Origin: Epithemia pelagica
Taxonomy: Eukaryota; Protista; Bacillariophyta
Assembly: GCA_946965045.2 (NCBI GenBank)
Contig: OX337235.1
Span: forward strand, 1,674,001 to 1,738,000
Direction of reading: 5' to 3'
Length of the DNA stretch: 64,000 bases
A model generated the notes under the pieces. The model was not told the DNA's origin. It saw only the letters and a list, made by a program, of their open reading frames with translations, and made no database searches. Shown piece by piece: positions 11,834 through 21,272 of this stretch. Within the stretch, counting starts at the first letter, position 1. Every line of letters begins with the position of its first letter. The position numbers and the translations under genes are program-made.

Positions 11834-14800
11834 ATGGATCCAACATACCCCAAGACACCCTCTCTTCCTTCTGACGACTCAGTACCGCCTGACATATCAG
11901 ATACACAAGTGTTCAATCATATCACCCAGCATCTATTTGAATGTGATGAAGAACGAGCTCAAGCCCTCCATCAATGGATAAAACATAGTGGTTTCGAACA
12001 CATTCTGAATGTCATCGACTATCTTGCAGTCAATCCAGAAAAGAATATCAAGGACCTTGGACAATACAAGTATGGGAACAAGACGATGGATCTGAAGACA
12101 TTTACAAGGCATCAACTGAAGATCCTAGCACATTGGTCACGAGAACAAACCTCAACCCTGCAGCAGTCTGATTTACCTCGCTCTACCTGGTTGAACCTCA
12201 CCAAGGCCAATTATGATCATTGGAGAATCAATGCAGACTTCACCAAGCTCCGTCTGAACCAAGGTTGCATTTCGTCATTTTGTTTAGCAAAAAGAGAGGT
12301 GCTACGTCTTAACAACTATATCTCCAATCTTCGTCTCGATGATTCATGGCACGGCACAACCTTTCAGTTTCTTCTCCACTTTCAACACCAATTCCATCTT
12401 CTCGACAATCTGGGATCAATGTTTGATCACATTCCTGGCCACTCCACTAGGATGACCTTCCTGATGAAAGCCGTTGAAAAGGTACCTGATTTACGACAAG
12501 TCAACATCTTGTCTGGTGCAAAGACACTTTGTTATCAATCATATTTCCGTCTTCTCCTTGATGCCGCATATGATCATGACCAAGCAACTCGAGCACCAAA
12601 GTCTAACCGACTTAAGCATACCAAGCAATGCGACTTTCAATATGATCAAGATTTTGATATCAAAGATCTATCACCCAAAGAAAAACACCGCATGATTAAG
12701 AGAACTAACGTGAAGACCAAGAAATCATCTTCGCTTCGTCCAAAGATCAGTCTTCCAAGAGATCTGTGGAGTAAACTCAACGACAATAGTCGTCAAGTAA
12801 TCATTGCGTACAACAAGTCTACCCAGAATCCGTCATCAACAACTGCATGCATGGAACAGACGCATACTCTTGACATTGATCCGGAACCTGATCCCGACCC
12901 TGGTCGTGCATGGATTGACGACATGATTCAAGATGATTCCCAAGACCATCAAGATAATTTCTTTGATCTGATTACCCGGTTGGTTCCACAAGTTGTGACC
13001 AATATTGATGTCAATCATCCAACATCTGATCTTGCTAATTTGGTGTCCAATATCAAGGCAACATCCATCCCTAATGATTGTCTCGAGAACAACACCAACT
13101 GTAAACAGAAAGTTGAGATATCTCGACATCTGCTCTCTCGCATGTCTACTTTCTCCGGTGACAATCAATTGACTGGCTATAATCATTGGTATCTTGATCC
13201 CATGCAAGATACGGCACCTTCTTCAAGGACTGTTGAAAATGATGGCAACAATCCGCATGATGCTTTTGGGAAGTATACCAATCGTGTTGTCTGTAACCTC
13301 AACCTTCTCTTGGATTTACCTTACGATCATGGACCTGATACGCCTTCCTTCTTCACACCCCTGCTTGGAGAATACTGTTCCAAACCATACCTCCAAGATC
13401 AGAGCATCGCTGAGAACCGTTATCAGACCGTTAAGAGGACAACATACGTCGTGACCGTTTCGGGCCATATCCCTCTTGAGATCCTCAATGGTCGCCCACC
13501 CGGCATTACCCACCCACTTTTCTTTCTTATCTGGGACAAGGCCCCCTACTTTACCGAATCATATGCCCTCTCCCACCGTCCCTACCGTCCCTACCCTCCC
13601 TCTTTTGTCACGACACTTGGCTACTGGCTTGTTTTTGCCCCTCCTATTGGTGATACTTTGTCTCTGGACACTCAAACCCTTTGTTACTCTGCCATTCTTC
13701 ATGATGCACCCACGCCACCCAGCAGCAACCTTTGTGTGGATACCTCTTCAGGGGAGGAGTCGCTTCCAAATAAACCCAACGGCAAACAAGCTGACATTGT
13801 TTTCATTTGTTGCAAAGGTGAAGATCCATCCACGCAAATCCCTACGATCAAATATGATGACACTATTGGCCAAACTTTCCTTGTTTATGATCCTGAGGAA
13901 AATGGGGAGCAACGACAACCATATAATGGGGAGCAACGACAACCATGTCTTATCAGATGCATCGTTGATTTAGAACAAGATGCTCTGAAGCAAGAAGACT
14001 ATATCAAGTACACTTTCTACAAATCCATTTCCGACATTGACAAGATAATTTCATACCGTCAACATATGGAATACATCAAACAGGATAACCAAGCAAAGGC
14101 AACTGAAGATAACGTTTTCCAATTCAGAGATGTCGTCGGAGATCAAGAACCGTCAAGTATTAGCAACAATCTTGACTACAAAAGAAGTCGCTGTCGTATA
14201 CTTGTTGATTGGGAGACTGGGGAGATGATCTATGAGCCTCCGTCACTAATGGTAAACGATGCATATGCCAAGAAACATGATCTATTGAGTGAACTTGGAT
14301 GGAAACATCTCAAGCGTTTTGTCAAGACCAGTAAATACCTTGTTCAAGCTGCCAAACAGCAGTCACGAATCAAGCATGTCTGTCATTCCATCAAGTACAA
14401 GTTTGGTTATCAAGAAGTTCCACAGAAATATGAAGAAGTAGTTGTTTTGTTAGACAAGCAATATGGTAAAGAAAAGTGGCACGACACTACTGAAGTTGAG
14501 CCCTCTCAGGTTTCTCGGACTCAATCTCTCAAGACATTCAAGGATTATTGTCAAACTCAGCTCAGCAGAGGGAAAAAGATAAATGCATCTTCAGAAGAGT
14601 ATCACAAGAACAAGATTCGAGTCCATCTTGTAAATCACGATGATAGCCGCAAAGCACTTCTCATCACAGACAAACCTTTTACCAAAGAACCGGTTGAGGC
14701 AATCATTTTGAGTGCTACTTCCATTCACAACTTCCATACAACCACCTGTCTTGGGATTCTCAATGAAATGGATATATGGGGAGCAGACATTGGAAATGCA

Positions 14801-15262
14801 TACGACCCGGAAGCTTTATCTGGGGAGAAGATCTTGATAGTTGCAAGACAAGAACTCAAGGAATCAGGTCACATCTTGATTAAACACAGGGCATCAAAGG
14901 GATTAAAATCTTCAGGAGCATGTCGGCGTGACTGTTTCTTTGACATCCCACTTGATATGGATTTGTCACCAACTAAAGCAGATCCCAATGTTTGGATGAA
15001 GAAGGCACCTGGGGAGCATAGCTCAAAGGGCACCGACAAGACCTACCAACTGAAGAATGATGAACTGATTACTTATTGCCTGAGATATCCCTATGAGAGC
15101 GTCCGGGATACATTGTCAGTAAGCATTGGAAATTCTCAAAAGTATGGACCACGTTCAAGATCATATTCTTCTGGGGAGGAAACGTTCAGAAGCATGACAA
15201 GGAAAATAACAATCCTCACTCGACAAATTGTGGGGAGTGTTAGGATTCTCACCTTTAACTAG
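11834..15262 (+). CDS. Degenerate gag-pol-derived ORF of inner element (1142 aa; no recognisable protease, incomplete integrase, RT cut before YxDD, no RNase H)
   Basis: Relics SIAENRYQTVK, ILVDWETGE, KYKFGY, KIRVHLV, GADIGNAY, KGLKSSG, KADPNVW. ORF runs through the PPT (TGGGGAG, 15231-15237) and stops inside the 3' LTR. Confidence 0.85.
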   Translation: MDPTYPKTPSLPSDDSVPPDISDTQVFNHITQHLFECDEERAQALHQWIKHSGFEHILNVIDYLAVNPEKNIKDLGQYKYGNKTMDLKTFTRHQLKILAHWSREQTSTLQQSDLPRSTWLNLTKANYDHWRINADFTKLRLNQGCISSFCLAKREVLRLNNYISNLRLDDSWHGTTFQFLLHFQHQFHLLDNLGSMFDHIPGHSTRMTFLMKAVEKVPDLRQVNILSGAKTLCYQSYFRLLLDAAYDHDQATRAPKSNRLKHTKQCDFQYDQDFDIKDLSPKEKHRMIKRTNVKTKKSSSLRPKISLPRDLWSKLNDNSRQVIIAYNKSTQNPSSTTACMEQTHTLDIDPEPDPDPGRAWIDDMIQDDSQDHQDNFFDLITRLVPQVVTNIDVNHPTSDLANLVSNIKATSIPNDCLENNTNCKQKVEISRHLLSRMSTFSGDNQLTGYNHWYLDPMQDTAPSSRTVENDGNNPHDAFGKYTNRVVCNLNLLLDLPYDHGPDTPSFFTPLLGEYCSKPYLQDQSIAENRYQTVKRTTYVVTVSGHIPLEILNGRPPGITHPLFFLIWDKAPYFTESYALSHRPYRPYPPSFVTTLGYWLVFAPPIGDTLSLDTQTLCYSAILHDAPTPPSSNLCVDTSSGEESLPNKPNGKQADIVFICCKGEDPSTQIPTIKYDDTIGQTFLVYDPEENGEQRQPYNGEQRQPCLIRCIVDLEQDALKQEDYIKYTFYKSISDIDKIISYRQHMEYIKQDNQAKATEDNVFQFRDVVGDQEPSSISNNLDYKRSRCRILVDWETGEMIYEPPSLMVNDAYAKKHDLLSELGWKHLKRFVKTSKYLVQAAKQQSRIKHVCHSIKYKFGYQEVPQKYEEVVVLLDKQYGKEKWHDTTEVEPSQVSRTQSLKTFKDYCQTQLSRGKKINASSEEYHKNKIRVHLVNHDDSRKALLITDKPFTKEPVEAIILSATSIHNFHTTTCLGILNEMDIWGADIGNAYDPEALSGEKILIVARQELKESGHILIKHRASKGLKSSGACRRDCFFDIPLDMDLSPTKADPNVWMKKAPGEHSSKGTDKTYQLKNDELITYCLRYPYESVRDTLSVSIGNSQKYGPRSRSYSSGEETFRSMTRKITILTRQIVGSVRILTFN

Positions 15263-16142
15263 GTGGTGGTGGAATCTACAACACATCGACTGATGCTAGT
15301 ATTTTATGGCATCCGATGACATTTGTGTAAAAGTGAGAAAAGAATGACGGCATGCTCGCGGACCTTTAATTTTGGCCAAGGCATGCTCGCAAGGATTCTC
15401 ACCTTTAACTAGGTGGTGGTGGAATCTACAACACATCGACTGATGCTAGTATTTTATGGCATCCGATGACATTTGTGTAAAAGTGAGAAAAGAATGACGG
15501 CATGCTCGCGGACCTTTAATTTTGGCCAAGGCATGCTCGCAATGCACGCGCTATCGGCAACCGCTCGGATATTGACTATGGCCCATCACGTGCGCGCCCA
15601 ATATTCTCAAGCGCGCGCAATCAAGATCCGAGTGAGCACCTCCACGACTTACCTCAACGACCTAAGTAATCAAAGCACGAATCACGATCACGCGAGACCA
15701 TATTTCCATTCCCACAATTCCAAGAATGCAATCAACAACGCGCCAAGAAAACTACCTATATCACAACAAAGCAAGAGCTGTTGGCATTGGTATATGATAT
15801 ACAACTGCATATACTTTCAATACAACAATGCAGGTCTACTCCAACCATTTGAGGACCTATCACACCAGATCCATGGCCGTATACAAGAGCCAGGACCTCG
15901 ACCTTCATCAAACACCTTAGTTAGTAATCATCTCACAATCATTAATATCACCATTTTAACACTCATCTTAAGACTAACCTCTTATCAGTGGACCGACTGC
16001 CCCCACCCACGGCAGACCTCGACTTGCAACTCTTCTCTGACCCGTGGAGGATTGTTGTATCGGTTGGTGATCGATTGTCGGCTCAGCGAGCCTTTTGCCA
16101 ACTACCTATTACCCTTCTGAATTCTCAATGAGAGTTCTGCTA
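15238..16142 (+). repeat. 3' LTR of inner element (905 bp)
   Basis: Matches 10425-11329. Preceded by PPT, followed by TSD GGAAT. Confidence 0.93.
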
Positions 16143-16663
16143 GGAATGACCACGTCTTCATGATAGATGCCCATGGGCTCCCTGGAATAAGGGTTGTCCA
16201 TGACATCGATTCCGTTTGCCCTCACTTGATTGGGGTTGACCAAGGAATGTTTCATCTGGTCCCCCATCCACAACGCTTCATGAAAGACTAAAATGAATTC
16301 TTGCCCGTCCGACTGTCTTGTCCACACGGTGGCTCCCGTGACAACAGGCACATGCTTAATAGCGTCATATGCATCGGTATATGGAGACACGTCGCATTCT
16401 TTTCCGGTATATGCGAGGACAGTACAATTGGCTCCAAGGACAATGGTATCAGCATGAGTGTCAAGTTCAACTCGTCCTGTTTCGCCGACGATGTTGGTTC
16501 TCTTGGTGCACGATTTGGATGATGACGTTTTACTCCGTGCACTTGATATCGATCTGCATATTGATCGTTGTCTCCCTACTTGCATATAACTCCTCTTAAA
16601 CAATCGTTCACAGAGTAAACTCACGATTTTAGAATAGAGGGTAACAAATAGAGAGGGTAACCA
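16143..16663 (-). pseudogene. pol: Outer copia pol, 5' part (hydrophobic linker + aspartic protease)
   Basis: VELDTHADT protease motif, then ILVFHEALWMG...SLVNPNQ. Same frame as gag, starting directly after the gag TGA. Confidence 0.88.
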
Positions 16664-18157
16664 TCAGCCGTTCCTGGCCCTGGCCCTTTCATTTCGCCCA
16701 CCGAACTTATTTCCGGCGTCATCAGGCACTGGATCATCTTGATCCTTGCTCGTCGCGTCACTGGCTGCAGGAACCAAATTCGTAGTGATCTCAGCGACTT
16801 GCCTTTTAACCTCAGAGAGGAGAGTATCAGCAATGGAGGATACCTCCGATGCTTTGCGTTTGTTACCAGATTTCTGCTTTTTCTTGCGCTCATCGATGAC
16901 TTTTTGTTTATCATCGTCAGGAAGATCCTTCCAATTCTTATAAAAACCCGTAAAGATCGAGCCATCGGGCATGATAACGCCACTCTTTGGTGCCTTTGCA
17001 CCACGTTGAGGAGTGCTAAACTTGTTATTGTTGTTGTTTCCGCCACCGCGAATGCGTTGTGCCGAAGATACTTTGCGTGCCAACTGAAACTCTGGCATCT
17101 CGCTCACCACCGCTGAAATGTGGTTGGCTGCTTGTGTATAGGTCAGGCCGTCCATGTCGAACCTGACCTTCAACGCTTTGACGGTGTCTTGTAGTTGAGG
17201 GTGTTGTACGCGTTTGAAAAGTTCGCGAATCTTCGCCGCGTCTGTGTAGGCTTCCCCCTCGTCTGCATAGATGCTAAACATCTTCTGCAGACGATCAAAG
17301 AAAGTGGTGAAGGGGAGAGAACGCTCGCTCTTGTAGTGAAGACTGTCACGCATACGATCGGCGGTAGCAATACGTCGGCTCGCGTTGCCCTCTCCAGCAT
17401 AATGGTTGCGAAGGGCTTGCATGTCGCGACGGCCATCGGCATGACGTGCTAAATTCTTAATCCACTGCTCGGCCGTTTCGGCCACAAGAAAATTCTTCAA
17501 CAATTGGTGGACTTTTCGTGCGTCGGTGCGAAAATGGGTGCCCTGTAGAGGGGCACAAGCGACCATGGTCGCGTTGAAGTCGTCACCGAAATTGCCATTG
17601 TGATCAGGCTGTTCGTTTTCACGGACGACGTAAGATAGCGGAACGCCATTTACACCAGGTATGGTGCTTAGATAATTTACAAACGCGGGCTCCCAGTCGG
17701 GCCACTTTCGTTCGTCTTTAAACTTTCCCGGATCGGCAGCCTTGCTGACCGTGTCCGCCTGGTCTGCTTCGACCTTGCGCGTCTCAGAGCGCTCGATAGA
17801 TTTCGTCAACACCTCTTTAAATTCATCTTCGTCGTTGAGGTTAGTAATGTCAGGACGTGCAGAGCACCGAAAGAAATCCTGAACCCAGTGCATGACGCCG
17901 AGCATCCACTTGATACGACGCATGCCGAAAATGATACGCCCATTGGCGTCGGTACGCTTCTCGAAACTCTCAGCCATGTTCCGGATATCGGTTTCAGTCA
18001 CCCCGGCAAAGTCGCTCAAGGATTGAAAACCACCTTCGTTTCGAATGCGGGTCTGGTGTTGAGCATCCGTAAAACCGATCCAGGTAAGAGCCTGGTTCAG
18101 GTCTGCCAATTCTTGTGCCGCCGCTGCTGCGGCTGCCGCTGCTGCTGCTGCTGCCAT
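16664..18157 (-). CDS. gag: Gag of outer copia (497 aa, poly-Ala N-terminus)
   Basis: Long ORF downstream of 5' LTR/PBS. DPGKFKDERKWPDWE...IPGVNGVPLSYVVRE resembles diatom CoDi gag. Confidence 0.88.
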   Translation of the reverse strand: MAAAAAAAAAAAAAQELADLNQALTWIGFTDAQHQTRIRNEGGFQSLSDFAGVTETDIRNMAESFEKRTDANGRIIFGMRRIKWMLGVMHWVQDFFRCSARPDITNLNDEDEFKEVLTKSIERSETRKVEADQADTVSKAADPGKFKDERKWPDWEPAFVNYLSTIPGVNGVPLSYVVRENEQPDHNGNFGDDFNATMVACAPLQGTHFRTDARKVHQLLKNFLVAETAEQWIKNLARHADGRRDMQALRNHYAGEGNASRRIATADRMRDSLHYKSERSLPFTTFFDRLQKMFSIYADEGEAYTDAAKIRELFKRVQHPQLQDTVKALKVRFDMDGLTYTQAANHISAVVSEMPEFQLARKVSSAQRIRGGGNNNNNKFSTPQRGAKAPKSGVIMPDGSIFTGFYKNWKDLPDDDKQKVIDERKKKQKSGNKRKASEVSSIADTLLSEVKRQVAEITTNLVPAASDATSKDQDDPVPDDAGNKFGGRNERARARNG

Positions 18158-18374
18158 GTTTCAGTATATATCTGTCTGACTGTTAGTAGGGTAAAGCAAT
18201 TGTATAACAATTAGTGTCAGTCGTCGCGAGACAACAACGTGCAGAGGTGATCAATCTCCGCGAATAGTGCCAGGGTGAGCAAACGCTCGAATCCCTCCTT
18301 ACGCAATCTCGACATGCGTCTCGCACGCATGTATGGTCCGAGATTGCGGCGCTCAGTTGCATCCTGTTCGCTTT

Positions 18375-18388
18375 TGGGTCTGATAAAC
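18375..18388 (-). other. Putative primer-binding site, complementary to a tRNA-Ile-type anticodon arm
   Basis: Element sense GTTTATCAGACCCA abuts the 5' LTR. Plus strand reads TGGGT-CT-GAT-AA-AC (stem-U33-anticodon-A37). Confidence 0.55.
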
Positions 18389-18579
18389 CGAAAAAAATCG
18401 CTCATAACATGGCGGTGTACTCACTAGCTTAGGGGTAACTCAGGATTTCATGCAAAAGAGTGACCATATCGGCCAAGGACTTAGGGGATAAAGTATTATC
18501 GCTAGAAGTAGGATGGATCGCCAGTGCGCGTCAGCCTCTTCTGGGTGAACGCATGCCGGTTCGTGACAGGAATCTTTCG
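18389..18579 (-). repeat. 5' LTR of outer copia (191 bp)
   Basis: 190/191 identical to 6535-6725. Confidence 0.95.
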
Positions 18580-18641
18580 GCGGTTGACCGTTCAAGGGGC
18601 ATAGGGTTCATCAATTTTGTTGACGCGAGATAGTCGCCTTG

Positions 18642-18656
18642 CGAAGATTCACGAAG
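18642..18656. promoter_or_regulatory. Heat-shock element (cGAAg aTTCa cGAAg)
   Basis: Three perfect alternating nGAAn units, 445 bp upstream of an Hsp40 start codon. Confidence 0.55.
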
Positions 18657-19100
18657 GAGATTCCCGCGACTGCCGAAGATATTGAACATATAGGTCGCGG
18701 AATTTAAGCGACCACATGAGAGAACACGTCATTGCTTCCGCCATGCAGGTCTCGATCGCACTCGCTGCTTGCGGGAAATGCACCCTGAAGTGGGCCAGAA
18801 GGCCAGACGACCGAGCAGGACCGAACAGAGTCGAAAAATCTGGAGTGTGGTGTTTGTAGTACAAGTCTGTTTTTGTCACTTCGCGCGCGATTGTACACGG
18901 CACACAGCGGTTGCATCCACCACACACAAACACGTCGTGTGCGCGGTTTGCCAATGTTCGTTGACCATCCATTGTTTCATTGCTCCCTTCTCTTGCCTGC
19001 AGGTTTCAGAGGAAAGACTTGCCACTCAAACAAGACGGTGGTTTGAAAAACGATTGTTCAGCTTGGTTGCGTCTTGTCATTAAAGTTGTATTGAAAGAAC

Positions 19101-20449
19101 ATGTTTGGAGGGATTCCTTTCGAGCACTTTGCGCAAGGTGGAGGTGGTGGCGGCAGCTTTGGTGGCAGCATGAATTCCGGTGAACCTGCCGACACGACCA
19201 AATTGTACGAGACCTTGGAAGTGGAGAAAGATGCTTCCCAAAAAGACATTAAAAAGGCTTATTTCCGTTTGTCAAAGACGCACCATCCGGATAAGGGTGG
19301 TGATGAACACAAATTCAAAGAGATCAATGCAGCTTACGAGATTCTGAGTGACCCGGAAAAGCGCAAAGCTTATGACAAGTATGGACTCGACGGCATTGAC
19401 GACGACGGAGCAGCCTCACGAGGTGAAGATCTGTTCAGTATGTTCTTTGGTGGGGGTCGTAGTCGAAGTGGTCGCTCAGGTCCTCGCAAAGGCCCCTCTG
19501 TCAATCATCCGATTAAGGTCAGCTTGGAGGATTTGTTCCTTGGCAAGACCGTCAAACTAGCCGTCAACCGGAAGGTCATCGTCGGGGAACCCAAAACCTG
19601 CCCTAGATGCAACGGTCAAGGTGTTATTATGGAAGTTCGACAAATTGGTCCGGGTATGATAACACAGATGCAACGTCAATGTCCTAACTGCGACGGGCAA
19701 GGTTATATTGCCGAGACCAAGAGTGAACGTAAAGTATTGGAAGTTCACATTGAAAAGGGCATGAAACACAATCAAAAGGTCACTTTCCGAGGAATGGCAG
19801 ATGAAGTACCTGGCATGGAACCTGGTGATGTCAATTTTATTGTACAAGAGAAGGACCACGACCTCTTCAAGCGAAAGGGTGCAGATCTTTTGGTCACGAA
19901 GGAGATCAGTCTTAACCAGGCTCTTTGTGGGTTTTCGGTGCGTTTCAAACCTTTAGATACTTTGAAGAGCGATTGTTGGCTAGTCTAACACTTACGTTTC
20001 TGTTGCGTTTTTCGCTTTTCCCTTTTGGACGTTTACAGTGGAAAATCAAGCACTTGGATGGACGAGACATTGTCATCAAGACACGCCCTGGACAAGTCAT
20101 TGAAGCAGAAACAACGGATGAAGAGACTGGTCGCACTTTACCCTACATTACTTCGGTGAAAGATGAAGGAATGCCAAGTTTGGGGAACCCCTTCGTGAAA
20201 GGCAACCTTTATATTGCCTTCCATGTCAAATTCCCCAAAACTTTGGAGGCGGACGTGGTGAAGCAGCTCAAATCATTACTACCTGATGCCAATTTGGATG
20301 AAGAGTATGACCCTGAGCAGGTAGAAGAGCATTTCATGGAATTTGCAGATTTGAGACACTTTGGAAAGGGTGGAGCTGCAATGTCGGGAAGCGAGTACGA
20401 CTCGGACGAAGAAGGTGGTCAACAGGGAGTACAATGTCAACAGTCGTAA
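19101..20449 (+). CDS. DNAJA: Type I DnaJ/Hsp40 chaperone (DNAJA/Ydj1-like); intron 19938-20038
   Basis: J domain with HPD, G/F linker, CPRCNGQG and CPNCDGQG zinc motifs, C-terminal CQQS CaaX box. Confidence 0.96.
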
Positions 20450-21272
20450 GAACTTAGTTCCAGGGGATGTCATTGGAGAACACCCATATGAAAAGGAGTT
20501 AAGCAACCATTTGCTTGTGACAAGATTGCTTCGGTTGTCGTTTGTCGGATTGTAGAGATATGGATACCTCGAATCGACCCGGGTCTATTTCACATGAAGG
20601 TGCAGGAGTCGGCCGTACCAAATACCAAATAGATGAAAATGAAAAAACTATGTGTAGTAGCACTCTTGATGATGAGTTGGTGGATCGCGATGGTCGAGGG
20701 ATGGTATGTTCGATATAGGTGGCGCCTATTAGGTGGCACTGACATCGAAGCTGACCGTGTCGGTTCCATAAACACGGCATGTTGTCATATCGACTAATCT
20801 CCTATCTATCGGAAATGGGAAAATGTTTACACTAAAATGCTGCTCGTTAGGAGCCATGAACGTCACCCCGTGGGTGCGTGCGGCAACCTGAAATAGACTA
20901 CCTACTCCAGGTAGATTCCCGCCGGAAGCTTCTCCGTAGCTGTAGCAGCGTCTCACGTCTCACGGCAACGGCACGGTAATTGCGTCATTGTCATTTTTTT
21001 GTTCTTCCCTAAAATTCCGGGGGCGGTCATGACAAAATGACCGTTATGAAAACAAAGATGACCCCTCCGTAGGAACAATAGCATCATTTTTCTCTCCCAT
21101 CTTTCAAGAGAGGAGGAAGCGAACAACAAACGAGAAAAAGTTCTCCAGTTCGATCGGTTGATATCATCTTATAATAGACGAGGGCACCATTCTATCCCGT
21201 CGATCAGGTTCGTCGCTTTCTCTAACAGAGTTCCAGAGCAAGATCGAAGGATCGGAGAGCAAGAACTTCGTC

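Larger units (their letters stand above)
10425..16142 (+). mobile_element. Nested non-autonomous Ty1/copia element in opposite orientation
   Basis: 905-bp LTRs (two mismatches found), TSD GGAAT at 10420-10424 and 16143-16147. Removing it restores the host pol frame YHEDVVIP-FHTQGTII. Confidence 0.95.
6535..18579 (-). mobile_element. Ty1/copia LTR retrotransposon (CoDi-like), full length, interrupted by a nested element
   Basis: 191-bp LTRs at both ends (one mismatch). Order gag, PR, INT, RT, RH. PPT and PBS present. Flanked by duplicated GCGG (4 bp) or GGCGG (5 bp). Confidence 0.97.

Noticed and set aside
13910-13946. 24-bp duplication (NGEQRQP twice) in the inner ORF
   Set aside because: Simple in-frame slippage; adds nothing beyond the open-ORF finding.
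18375-18388. tRNA genes at the PBS-like sites (also 11330-11343)
   Set aside because: Only an anticodon-arm fragment is present; there is no acceptor stem, D arm or T arm.
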